Shown: positions 29,136 through 38,952, counted from the first letter of the stretch. The stretch: DNA of 64,000 nucleotides from Candidatus Hermodarchaeota archaeon (GCA_048885925.1 JBHLLG010000003.1:32001-96000), one strand, 5' to 3'. The notes: generated from the sequence alone by a model not told the origin. A program made the numbers and translations.

Positions 29136-29912
29136 TTAACTTCTTTTTATTTTCTCTTCCACAATAGTGACTACCCTTGGAAATACATCTCCTATTTTTT
29201 CATGAATAATAACTTCAGCCATCAAATCCATATCAGTTTCCTGAATATTTATAATTGCTAATTTCGCTCCAATTGCTAAAGCTTTTTGGGGATAAAACGC
29301 AACGGGATAAACCACAAGGGAAGATCCAAGCACCAATAACAAATCACAAGTGGAGATCATATCATCTGCGGCTTCGAGTGTCTTAGATTCGAGAGGTTCA
29401 CCGAAAAAGATCGCATTCGGTTTCAATAAACCTCTACAACTTTCACAGGAAGGGCTAAAATTTCCCTTCAGTACTTGATTTACCATAGTACTGATTTGAT
29501 ATATTTGCCCACAGGTCATGCATTTAGCTTCATACGCATTTCCATGGAACTCAACGATATTTTTGGTCTTAGCTTTATGATGCAATCTGTCTATATTTTG
29601 AGTAAGAATTCCTTTCAATTTTCCAAGTTTTTGGAGCTTAGTTAGGGCTTTGTGTCCTTTATTTGGCCTTGCTTTAAAAATTTGCAAACCTGTTTCTAAC
29701 ATGAATTCTAAATTCTTTCCTTTATTCGCCACATAAGAATTTATTGAAGCAAATTCATACGGATCTACTTTTTCCCATAATCCAGTACCCGGTGACCGGA
29801 AATCAGCAATTCCGCTTTCAGTAGACATCCCTGCACCTGTTAATGCTACTATGTTTTTTGAATCAAGGATTAAGTTAGCTAATTTTTCAACTTTTTGTTC
29901 TAACAACTTCAT
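29136..29912 (-). CDS. cobB: NAD-dependent protein deacylase (Sir2/sirtuin)
   Basis: 'TGAGMSTESGIADFRSP..GLW', 'TQNID.LH', 'FHG', CxxC...CxxC, 'GSSLVVYP', 'IN'. Confidence 0.92.
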   Translation of the reverse strand: MKLLEQKVEKLANLILDSKNIVALTGAGMSTESGIADFRSPGTGLWEKVDPYEFASINSYVANKGKNLEFMLETGLQIFKARPNKGHKALTKLQKLGKLKGILTQNIDRLHHKAKTKNIVEFHGNAYEAKCMTCGQIYQISTMVNQVLKGNFSPSCESCRGLLKPNAIFFGEPLESKTLEAADDMISTCDLLLVLGSSLVVYPVAFYPQKALAIGAKLAIINIQETDMDLMAEVIIHEKIGDVFPRVVTIVEEKIKRS

Positions 29913-30003
29913 TTATTTATAATTTTAATTTTATCAGATAAAAAGTAATAATAATTATATTGCCTTATAAAATGTTTTATAGTTTTATGATTTTATTGTA
30001 TTA

Positions 30004-30825
30004 ATGAATATAGAAGAATTTAAACAGATTAAATATAAAAAAGAAGAGAATGGAATTTTAACCGTTACCTTAAACTGGCCTGAAAAGAAAAATGCACTTT
30101 CACCATTAGGACTCCTAGAACTCTACTATGCTGTAGATCATGCTGAAAAAGATGATCAAGTAAAAGTTATGATACTGACTGGATGTGAGGAAGCAGGAGC
30201 TTTTTCTTCAGGAGGTTACTTTTCAAATGAAATGTTAAAGGAAGTACCAGAGAAGTATAGGAATGAAATTAATTTAAGAGATATGGCATCAAAAAGGCTG
30301 TGTCTTAAGTTTTGGGATTTACCAAAACCTGTAATATCAGTAATTAATGGTTTTGCAGTGGGTGGTGGATTTACACTTCCTGTAATTTGTTCAGATTTAA
30401 TTTATATGGCGGAAGATGCATGGTGGGCACTATTTTTTGTAAAAAGAGCGGTAATGCCTGATTTTGCCACTAGCATTCTTTTACCTTTCATGATAGGATT
30501 TCATAAAGCTAAAGAACTGTTTTATTTTGGGGATCGGATGACAGCACAAGACGCGGAGAGATTAGGACTTGTCAATAAGATATTAGCTAAAGATAAATTA
30601 ATGTCTTATGCAAGAAACCAAGCCTTAAGACTTATTCCTCCTAAGGGTCCCTCTCTTTCAATCAAATTAATGAAAAAGACCATTCATACGTATTTTAGGG
30701 AAATTATAGAAACCCAATTAAATTTAGAAAATAAGATGTGGACTAAAGCTATTCAAAGTAAGGATTTTTCAGAATCTTTAAAAGCTTTGAAGGAGAAAAA
30801 AGATCCTTCCTTTATTGGAAAGTAA
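30004..30825 (+). CDS. Enoyl-CoA hydratase/isomerase (crotonase) family protein
   Basis: 'LNWPEKKNAL', 'FSSGG', 'PKPVISVINGFAVGGG', 'AERLGLVN'. Confidence 0.88.
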   Translation: MNIEEFKQIKYKKEENGILTVTLNWPEKKNALSPLGLLELYYAVDHAEKDDQVKVMILTGCEEAGAFSSGGYFSNEMLKEVPEKYRNEINLRDMASKRLCLKFWDLPKPVISVINGFAVGGGFTLPVICSDLIYMAEDAWWALFFVKRAVMPDFATSILLPFMIGFHKAKELFYFGDRMTAQDAERLGLVNKILAKDKLMSYARNQALRLIPPKGPSLSIKLMKKTIHTYFREIIETQLNLENKMWTKAIQSKDFSESLKALKEKKDPSFIGK

Positions 30826-31113
30826 CTTCATACTTATTTAAAGTGCAAAGGAACTATCAGTATTGATTTTTGATTTTGGATTAAGTCTATAAAAATTTTG
30901 ATTTTTTGATCTAAGTTTTTTATTAAGTGAATAATCTCTGATAAATGAAATAAAAAAAATTAATAACGATTATTATTATTTATTGAATATTATATAATAA
31001 TAATTAATAATTCTTAAATAAGTCATCATTCTTAGCTAAGTTTAAACATTAGAAATGATGGATGATTGTTAATATTGGGGAAAATCCTTTAACCAAAATG
31101 GTGGGATGGTAAA

Positions 31114-31668
31114 ATTACGGAGAAAGTTACTAAATCATTTATTTATAAAGTTTGTATAGTAGGAGACGGTGGAGTAGGTAAAACCAGTATGGTTTTGAGA
31201 TATTGTGAGAACACCTTTAAAGAAAATTATATAATGACTATTGGTTCTAATTTTTCGACAAAACAAATAGAATTAGAAGATTATCCAAACTATCTCATTC
31301 GCCTACAATTATGGGATCTTGCTGGACAAAAACATTTCAGCTTTGTTCGCCCACCATTTTATCGTGGTGCTAGTGCGATTGTATATACATTTGACATTAC
31401 GCGAAGAAGTTCATTTCAGAATATTTTAAACTGGAAGAGTGAAGTGGAAAAAGTAATCGGTGATGGTAAACCAAGTATTTTAGTTGGAAATAAATTCGAT
31501 TTAGCAGAAAAGGGGAATAGGGAAGTAGGAGAAGGAGATGGAGAAGCATTGAAGGATGAGATTAATGCTTTAGCTTATTTTGAAACTAGTGCCAAGGATG
31601 ATATTAAAGTTGAGCCTGTATTTAAAACAATCACAATGGCAATTTTAGAACACACCAAAAAAATATAG
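31114..31668 (+). CDS. Rab-like small GTPase (Ras superfamily); start codon non-canonical (ATT) or obscured by an indel
   Basis: The in-frame sequence upstream of ATG31189 encodes 'FIYKVCIVGDGGVGKTS' (G1), followed by 'TIG' (G2), 'WDLAGQ' (G3), 'GNKFD' (G4), 'ETSAK' (G5). There is an in-frame TAA at 31090 and no ATG/GTG/TTG before G1. Confidence 0.85.
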   Translation: MTEKVTKSFIYKVCIVGDGGVGKTSMVLRYCENTFKENYIMTIGSNFSTKQIELEDYPNYLIRLQLWDLAGQKHFSFVRPPFYRGASAIVYTFDITRRSSFQNILNWKSEVEKVIGDGKPSILVGNKFDLAEKGNREVGEGDGEALKDEINALAYFETSAKDDIKVEPVFKTITMAILEHTKKI

Positions 31669-31749
31669 CTTTTTATTTGTTATAAACAATAAATTAAAAT
31701 TTATTTGTATATTTTAAACTATAAAATCAAATAATAATAGGTAAATCAA

Positions 31750-32469
31750 ATGTTTGGAACAGCAGGTAGGGCTTATGATCGGGCACTTACTGTTTTTAGT
31801 CCCGAAGGTCGCCTTTTTCAAGTAGAATATGCATTGGAAGCAGTAAGGCGTGGAACACTTGCGGTTGCTGTAAAATCTGAGCAGGATGTATGTTTAGCAG
31901 CTCAAATCAAAATACCTTCCATTTTAATGGATTCTGATTCAATTGATAAAATTTTTCAAATAGATGAGCATATTGGAGTAGCAATTTCTGGATTACATGC
32001 TGACTCACGTGCTTTAATTAATTATGCAAGAGTTCAAGCCCAATCATTCAGATTGACATATGATGAGCCTGTTCGTTTGAATATGCTAACCAAGGCAATT
32101 GCAGATTTAAAGCAGATGTATACACAGTATGGTGGTATCCGTCCTTGGGGTTGTGCGCTTTTTTTCATCGGAATAGATGCAAGTGGTACACAAATTTATA
32201 CAACCTCCCCCAGTGGAATCTATAGGTCATTCAAAGCTTATGCTCTCGGTAGCGGTGAAGCAACTGCGCGAGAGTATTTAATAGAACATTATAAAGAAGA
32301 TATGACTTTTGATGAGTTAATTAATTTATCTTTACAGGCATTAAAGGAATCTATTGATGAAGAGGCAACGAAGGAAAATATTCGCCTAGCGTATATTAAA
32401 GGTGACATCAAAAAATTTTATGTATGTAATAAACAAGAAATTGAAGGCTTTTTAGCCAAATTAACATAA
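31750..32469 (+). CDS. psmA: 20S proteasome alpha subunit
   Basis: 'YDRALTVFSPEGRLFQVEYALEAV', 'SGLHAD.R.L', 'YTQYGGIRPWG'. Confidence 0.95.
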   Translation: MFGTAGRAYDRALTVFSPEGRLFQVEYALEAVRRGTLAVAVKSEQDVCLAAQIKIPSILMDSDSIDKIFQIDEHIGVAISGLHADSRALINYARVQAQSFRLTYDEPVRLNMLTKAIADLKQMYTQYGGIRPWGCALFFIGIDASGTQIYTTSPSGIYRSFKAYALGSGEATAREYLIEHYKEDMTFDELINLSLQALKESIDEEATKENIRLAYIKGDIKKFYVCNKQEIEGFLAKLT

Positions 32470-32578
32470 TTCTTATTTTTATACTTATTGTAAAATATTT
32501 TATTCTCTTAATCTATATAATAGATATTAATATAATATCTAGAATTTTTCTTATATGATTAAATAATAGGCAATTTAT

Positions 32579-32974
32579 ATGGGGAAAAAGAAAAAGATTA
32601 GAGAGGACTTTGACGAGCTATTTAAAAAAGGCGATGAAAAGGGGATAAAAAAGATGTTAGATAAAAATCCGTGGTTACTCAATGAAGTTTCAACTACTTT
32701 AAATACAGGTATGGCTGAACAAAATGAAGTAATAGCAGCTTTAGGTGTAATGGAAGACGAGCTTGGAGGTCCTGTCCCAATTGATGAGATAGCATTTAGT
32801 TTAAGAGTTGATTTCAATATTCGTAAAAGTGATGATGAGATACATCAAATTCTTATGGGTATAGAAAAGTTAAATCTTGTAAAAAGAGATGCTAATGGAT
32901 GGAGTTTGACTTATGAGGGGGGTAGAATTTGCGATGATTATCTTAACAAAAGTCTTGGAAAATTTGATTTATAA
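32579..32974 (+). CDS. Hypothetical protein with probable C-terminal winged helix
   Basis: 131 aa; 'IDEIAFSL...EIHQIL..IEKLNLVKR...GWSLTYEG' resembles a wHTH. Confidence 0.65.
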   Translation: MGKKKKIREDFDELFKKGDEKGIKKMLDKNPWLLNEVSTTLNTGMAEQNEVIAALGVMEDELGGPVPIDEIAFSLRVDFNIRKSDDEIHQILMGIEKLNLVKRDANGWSLTYEGGRICDDYLNKSLGKFDL

Positions 32975-33099
32975 TTGATTAAATATTTATTTTCAGTTAA
33001 TGATTTTTAAAATAAAACTAAAATATTATATTAAATTTAAATTGAGAATAAAAAATATTAAATTCATTCTTAATTCTATTTAAAAAAGTGTTGAGGCTA

Positions 33100-36000
33100 A
33101 TGGAAGAGAGAAGGGAAGAAAATTTCGATAAAGAATTTGATGAGGATGAGTTCGATCCAACAAAGGAAGCATTCTTTTCGGATATGATAGAAATGGAAGA
33201 AGAAATTGCTTCTGAAGCATATGAATTAGTTGAGCATGCTATCAATCTAATAGAATCACAATATTACAACGATAGTATTGAAATTTTACGTCAAGCAATT
33301 GGATTATATACTCAAATTAACAGAGAAGAAGAGATTAAAGCTATAAATGATAAAATAGCAGAAATATATGTACTTAAAGAAAAAGCATTCAGAGAAGTTG
33401 AAATTGAATCTGAAAAAGCTGCTGAACCCGTAGAAGTACCTGAAGTAATTGATAAAAGTTCAATATTTGAAAAACAAGAGGTAATGAAAGAGTTTGAAGC
33501 AACTGAAGAGTCTAAAGCAATTGAAGAACATAAAGTGTTAAAAGATGCCATAAAGATTGCTGATTTAATGATCAATGCGGAAAATTTGTTAAAAGAAGCT
33601 CAAGAGTTAATTAACAACAATTATTTCGAAGAAGCGCTCAGTAAATATGATGAAGTGGAAACAATTTATACAGAATTAGGAAAATCAAGTGAGATAGATA
33701 ATTTATACAAATTAATTGAAGATTGTTATAACCGAAAGGCTAAATTCTTACGAAGTATTAAAAAAGAAGAAATTAGAGAAGAAATAGACACGAGTGTAAA
33801 AGTGGAAGCACAATCAACAGAAGATCTTTTAAAGGAAAAAAGATTAAAGGAATATTTTGAAAATAAAAAGAGAGAAGAGGAGATCTCCTCTAAAGCTTAC
33901 CAATTACTTGATAAAGCAGCTGAATTAACCACACAGCACAAATATGACAAAGCTTTAGAATTTTATGAAAAAGGAGCTAATTTATTTGGAGAATTAAATT
34001 GGACATATGAAGTTAGAAAAGTTCAAGATACGATTTTTCAATTAAAAATAGAAAAAGCAAGATATATACAAAGGCTAGAAGAGGAAAGAATGAAACCAGA
34101 GAAAGTGGTTGAAACTAAAGAAGAAATTACTGCGCAACAGGTAACAGAAATTGAGGAGCAGGATAGAATTGCTCAAATAGAAAAGTTAAGAGAAATAGAA
34201 TTTCAAAAAATGGAACAAGAATTTTTTAAAGCTCAAATTGATAATATGGCCACTGAAGCTGCTAGAATGGCACGTGAATATGAATTAGCTATGCAAAAAG
34301 CGATTAAGAAAGGAGAACTAGAAGAAGAATGTATTTACCCAAAAGTCATTGAAATTTATAAAAAAATAAGGGAATTACTTGTTGATAAGGGATGGAATAA
34401 AGAAGCAACGATCTATGATGATACGATAGATATCTATATTCAAAAGTTTGAACAAGATAAAAGAATTAGGCAAATAGAAGCTGAAAAAATCAAAAAGCAA
34501 CACGAAGCTGAAAAGATGCTGAAACTAAAAAAAGAGGACATTGAAATTCACCTCAGCGAAGAACAAATAAAAGCTAAAGAGATGCAACAACAAAAAGAGA
34601 TAGAAATACAAAATGTTCGAAATCAATTAAATGATATGTCAAAAAGAGCTGATCGGTTAGCAAGAGAGTATGAGCTTGCATTAAGAAAAGGTAAATTTGA
34701 GTTAAAATGTCCTTATCCTCAGATAATTAATATATATAAGAAAGCTAAATATATGGCACAAGAGAGAGGATGGGATACAGATATAGCAATTTTTTCAAGT
34801 CAAATTTTTACATATAAAGAAAAGTTAGAAAAAGATAAAAAGTTAAGAGAAATAGAAGCGGAAAAAGCACGGAAACAAGAAGAAGTTGAGAAGGCTTTTA
34901 AAGTTAAAAGAGAAGAACCAAAAGTTTCTTTAGATATCGAGAAGTTAAAATTATTAGAAGAACAAAGAAAATTAGAAGAAGAAAAAGAAGATTTTGAGGA
35001 TATGGTAAATGCAATGATAAATCGAGCAGAAAAAATTGCTCGAGAATATGATACAGATATGAAAAAAGCCATAAAGAAAGGTAGATTGGCACAAAATCCT
35101 CCATTCTTAAAGATCATAAATATTTATGAGAAAGTAAAACAAATGTTCCTTGAAAGGGGTAGAAATGAAGAAGCAATTGCTTATGGGAATCAAATAAATT
35201 TTTATTCTCAAAAATTAGAACAAGATAATAAATTACGAGAAGTGGAAGCCAAAAAAGCTGAAAGGGAAAAAGCACTAGAAGAAATGCATAAAGTTGATAG
35301 AAAAGTTGAAATAGATGACCAAAGATTAAAAGCTTCAGAGAAAAAAAAGGAAGAAGAAGAATTTGAGAAATTTATTTCTGAAAATGTCAATATGGCAGAA
35401 AAGATGGTACGAGATTTTGAAATTGCTATGCGAAAAGCTTATAGAAAAGGGGAAATATTGGAAACTACACCATATTCTAAAGTTATCGACATTTATAAAA
35501 ATCTTCAAGAGAAAGTCTATGCTAGGGGTTGGAGAGAGCAATCTGAAGTATACATAAATCAAATTAAAATTTATCAAGATAAATTAGAAAAACATGAAAA
35601 ATTGTTAGAAGTTGAAGTTCAAAAAGCTCAAAAGGAAAAAGGATTAGAAGAAATGCATAAAGTAGAAAAGGAGAGTGAAGCTGATACAAAAAGATTGAGT
35701 AAAATTGAAAGAAAAAAAGAAGAAAAAGAATTTGAGAAAAATATTGCTGAAAATGTCAGTATAGCAGAAAAAATGGTGAGAGATCATGAAATTGCTATGA
35801 GAAAATCATATCGAGAAGGAAAAATTCTAGAAAGCACACCATATCCAAAAGTTATTGAAATATATAAAGAAATTAGAGAAAAAATTTATGCTAAAGGTTG
35901 GAAAGAACAAGCAAAAGTATTTGCAAATCAAATAAAAATTTATCAGGAGAAGTTAGATAAACATAAAAATCTCCTTGAAATCGAAGCTCAGAAAGCACAA

Positions 36001-38439
36001 AAACAAAAAGAACTAGAAGAAATGCATAAAGTAGAAAAGAAGAGTGAAGCTGATACAAAAAAATTGAGCATTATTGAAGAAAAAAAAAAAGAAGAAAAAG
36101 AATTTGAAAAGCATATTTTAGAACTGGTTAATAAAGCAGAAAAACTAGAACGAGAATTTGATTCATCTCTGAAAAAAGCGATAAAAAAAGGTAAGGTAAT
36201 TGAGTTAACACCATATCCAGAAATAATTGAGATATATAAACAAATTAAAGATGAATTGGATGAGAAGGGCTGGGTAGATCAATCGCAAATTTATTTAAAC
36301 CAAATAAAAATCTATCAGGAGAAATTAGACAAGCATAAAATTTTGCTTGATAAAGAATCAGAAAAAGCAGAAAAAGTAAAAGAACTTGAAGAACTGAAGA
36401 AGGCAGGTAAAAAAGAAGTTAAACCATTCAAACCAGAAAGAATTAAAGAACTTGAAGCTGAAAAAGAGGAGGACATATTATTAGACAAAGCGATGAGTCT
36501 TATTGATGAGACAGAAAAAGAAGTTAAAAGTTATGAATTAAGCATAAGGAAAGACATTTTGATGTATGTAAGTCCTTATGAGAAAGCAATCTTTAATTAT
36601 GAAGAAGCAAGAAAATTATTCCAAAAAATTGGATGGATTGATGAGGCTAATCGATTAATTAAAACTATCAAATTTTACAAGGATAAGAAAGAAAAAGATG
36701 ATAAATTAAGAGAGATTGAACAAAAGAAGTTAGAGAAACCAGAAGTTGAATTAGAAGCTGTAAAGATAGAACTTGATAAGGATTTTCTTGAAAGTCAGAA
36801 AAGATTAAGAGAATTTGAAAAAAAAGAAAAAGAAGCCGATGAAAAAGCAGTTAAAGTATTGTCTTTAATTCAAAATGCTGAAAAGATGGCTCAAGAATAT
36901 GAATTAAAACTAAAATCGGGAATATTTGATTATGAAGCACCATATGAAAAAATTATTGAGATTTATCGTGTTGCTCGCAAAAAATTTGAAGAAATAAATT
37001 GGAAAGAAGAATCAGCGAAATTAATAGATACAATAAATTTTTATAAAGAAAAATTAGAGCAAGATAAGAAGATACGAGCTTTGGAGCTTGAAAAAGTAAA
37101 AAAGCGGGAAAAAGAATTACTCCTTCAACAAAAATTATTAGAACAGGCACGCCAAGAACAGGAAAGATTACTGCAAAAGCGAAAAGAATCTTTACAAGTA
37201 AAAAAAGAACGTATTGCACAATTTGAGACGGAGAAAGATAAAGCATTTCGTTTAATGGATCAAGCTAAACGTGAATTAAGACTTAATAATTTTGATGAAG
37301 CTATTGATATTTATAAGGAAAGTGAAAAAATGTTTATAGATATGAAGTGGGAAGAAGGAATTATGATGGTTAGAGATTCAATTACAATGATTATTAATAA
37401 GAAAAAAGCTTATGAGCTTGAACAAAAAGCAGTAGAAGAAAGAAAAGTTGAAGAGCTTGAGTTTGAAGAAAAATTAGAAGAGAAATTAGCTGAAGCGCGC
37501 GAAGTAAGAAAAAAGCAACAAGAAGAGAAACGAAGAGAATTTTTAAAAGTTCAGAGGGAAAAAGAGCGAGAAGAAAAAATCTCAGATGAGGCATATCAAC
37601 TTTTAGAAGAAGGTACAAATTTTATGGACCGTAAAAAATTCTCTGAAGCATTCGAGAAATATATGGCAGCAAGAGACTTATTTGAAGAAATAGGGTGGCA
37701 AAGAGAGGTTTCAAGAATTAATAACGAGCTCCTATTTAAACTTAAAAGAGAAGAAAAACAAGCTGAGATTCTAGAAGAAATAAAGTTGAAAAAAATTGAA
37801 GAGGAGAAAGAATTAGAATTAATAAAAGAAGAAACGAAAAAAGAACATGAAGAAATGGAAAAGAAGAGAAAAGAAGAAAAAAGAAAGCTTGTAAAGGAAG
37901 AATATGACAGAAAAATAGCTGTTCAACTCAATAAAGCAGAAAAATTAATAGAAAGTTATAGGTATAATGAAGGGATTGTAATAATCAAAGAAGAAATCCA
38001 AAAATTAAATATACCAGAAAAGGAATCTGAAATTAAAGAACTTCATGAAAAAATTGAAAATTTAGGAACCCTTTCTCATATTCCATTAATTACTATTGAA
38101 ATATCAGGTGAAGAAATTCAAAATGCGAATTTTAAAGCAGCTTATACTGCATTAGATGAAGCTCAAATATCTATAATCAATAAAAATTACAAGAAAGCTA
38201 TATCTGAGTTAAACGAAGCAAAATATAATCTTGAAAAGGTTAAAATTGGTAAAAGATTTGTAAAAGAGATTGACGAAAAAATTGATCAATACAGAGAAAA
38301 ACTTGGAAGAAAACCAAAAGAACCAGAAATTGAAGTACTCACTGACGAAGAAACTCAAAAGATTAAAGCAAGAATCATTGCTAGAAGGGAATTGAGGAGA
38401 AATAAGGTTTTAGATCTTTTAAAAAAAAGTTCAAAATAA
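33100..38439 (+). CDS. Giant Glu/Lys-rich protein made of repeated three-helix (MIT/TPR-like) units joined by charged helices
   Basis: About 1780 aa. Eight long repeats 'AE...RE.E....K...PY..II.IY........GW......Y..QI..Y.EKL' plus several shorter 'AY.L...A......Y..A...Y..A...F....W' units. ATG33100 follows GAGG. Confidence 0.85.
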   Translation: MEERREENFDKEFDEDEFDPTKEAFFSDMIEMEEEIASEAYELVEHAINLIESQYYNDSIEILRQAIGLYTQINREEEIKAINDKIAEIYVLKEKAFREVEIESEKAAEPVEVPEVIDKSSIFEKQEVMKEFEATEESKAIEEHKVLKDAIKIADLMINAENLLKEAQELINNNYFEEALSKYDEVETIYTELGKSSEIDNLYKLIEDCYNRKAKFLRSIKKEEIREEIDTSVKVEAQSTEDLLKEKRLKEYFENKKREEEISSKAYQLLDKAAELTTQHKYDKALEFYEKGANLFGELNWTYEVRKVQDTIFQLKIEKARYIQRLEEERMKPEKVVETKEEITAQQVTEIEEQDRIAQIEKLREIEFQKMEQEFFKAQIDNMATEAARMAREYELAMQKAIKKGELEEECIYPKVIEIYKKIRELLVDKGWNKEATIYDDTIDIYIQKFEQDKRIRQIEAEKIKKQHEAEKMLKLKKEDIEIHLSEEQIKAKEMQQQKEIEIQNVRNQLNDMSKRADRLAREYELALRKGKFELKCPYPQIINIYKKAKYMAQERGWDTDIAIFSSQIFTYKEKLEKDKKLREIEAEKARKQEEVEKAFKVKREEPKVSLDIEKLKLLEEQRKLEEEKEDFEDMVNAMINRAEKIAREYDTDMKKAIKKGRLAQNPPFLKIINIYEKVKQMFLERGRNEEAIAYGNQINFYSQKLEQDNKLREVEAKKAEREKALEEMHKVDRKVEIDDQRLKASEKKKEEEEFEKFISENVNMAEKMVRDFEIAMRKAYRKGEILETTPYSKVIDIYKNLQEKVYARGWREQSEVYINQIKIYQDKLEKHEKLLEVEVQKAQKEKGLEEMHKVEKESEADTKRLSKIERKKEEKEFEKNIAENVSIAEKMVRDHEIAMRKSYREGKILESTPYPKVIEIYKEIREKIYAKGWKEQAKVFANQIKIYQEKLDKHKNLLEIEAQKAQKQKELEEMHKVEKKSEADTKKLSIIEEKKKEEKEFEKHILELVNKAEKLEREFDSSLKKAIKKGKVIELTPYPEIIEIYKQIKDELDEKGWVDQSQIYLNQIKIYQEKLDKHKILLDKESEKAEKVKELEELKKAGKKEVKPFKPERIKELEAEKEEDILLDKAMSLIDETEKEVKSYELSIRKDILMYVSPYEKAIFNYEEARKLFQKIGWIDEANRLIKTIKFYKDKKEKDDKLREIEQKKLEKPEVELEAVKIELDKDFLESQKRLREFEKKEKEADEKAVKVLSLIQNAEKMAQEYELKLKSGIFDYEAPYEKIIEIYRVARKKFEEINWKEESAKLIDTINFYKEKLEQDKKIRALELEKVKKREKELLLQQKLLEQARQEQERLLQKRKESLQVKKERIAQFETEKDKAFRLMDQAKRELRLNNFDEAIDIYKESEKMFIDMKWEEGIMMVRDSITMIINKKKAYELEQKAVEERKVEELEFEEKLEEKLAEAREVRKKQQEEKRREFLKVQREKEREEKISDEAYQLLEEGTNFMDRKKFSEAFEKYMAARDLFEEIGWQREVSRINNELLFKLKREEKQAEILEEIKLKKIEEEKELELIKEETKKEHEEMEKKRKEEKRKLVKEEYDRKIAVQLNKAEKLIESYRYNEGIVIIKEEIQKLNIPEKESEIKELHEKIENLGTLSHIPLITIEISGEEIQNANFKAAYTALDEAQISIINKNYKKAISELNEAKYNLEKVKIGKRFVKEIDEKIDQYREKLGRKPKEPEIEVLTDEETQKIKARIIARRELRRNKVLDLLKKSSK
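35270..36380 (+). repeat. 369-bp-period intragenic tandem repeats
   Basis: 'tagaagaaatgcataaagt' recurs at about 35275, 35644 and 36013; the last two continue almost identically with 'agagtgaagctgatacaaaa'. Confidence 0.75.
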
Positions 38440-38486
38440 GATTCTAATTTTTGAGTTAGATTTACTTTTCAAAATAAAAAAAAGTT

Positions 38487-38708
38487 TTATATTAATAGAT
38501 TTTCTTGAAGTTCACTTTCTACTTCCGATTCTATTGCGCTGGGGGCAAGATTCCGGTTTACTGATTCCTCTATCAAATATTCTGTTTTAATTAGATCTCT
38601 TATTGCTACGCGAATAGCTTCTGACCTATTAGGGAATTTTCCGTCAACTACAAGTAATTCTAAGACTTTTAAATAAGACTCAGGTAAGTTTACTGATATT
38701 AATTTCAT
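38487..38708 (-). CDS. Ribbon-helix-helix transcription factor, CdrS-like (CopG/Arc/MetJ)
   Basis: 'MKLISVNLPESYLKVLELLVVDGKFPNRSEAIRVAIRDL'. ATG38708 is preferred over the ORF-track start at 38804. Confidence 0.85.
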   Translation of the reverse strand: MKLISVNLPESYLKVLELLVVDGKFPNRSEAIRVAIRDLIKTEYLIEESVNRNLAPSAIESEVESELQENLLI

Positions 38709-38934
38709 TAAAATCATGAATTTATTTGATTTATTGATGAATATACATATCACCTTAGTAATATTTAAAGATTTAGTGGAAAAAGACCCCAAGAAATCCG
38801 ACAAAATGTTAAAATGCCTTTATATTTTAATCTAGGGTGATTCTTCACAATTATTTAGATAAAAAGTCTTGTTTTTAAACATTTAATAGATTATTGTATT
38901 TTTATTCAATCCAAAAATTTTTATATATGCCTTA

Positions 38935-38952
38935 GATGTAACACGTAACATC
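38935..38952 (+). promoter_or_regulatory. Candidate operator GATGTAACACGTAACATC just downstream of a TATA box
   Basis: Tandem GTAACA with 7-bp period, also GATGT-N8-ACATC inverted; follows CAAAAA-TTTTTATATA (38912-38927). Confidence 0.4.
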
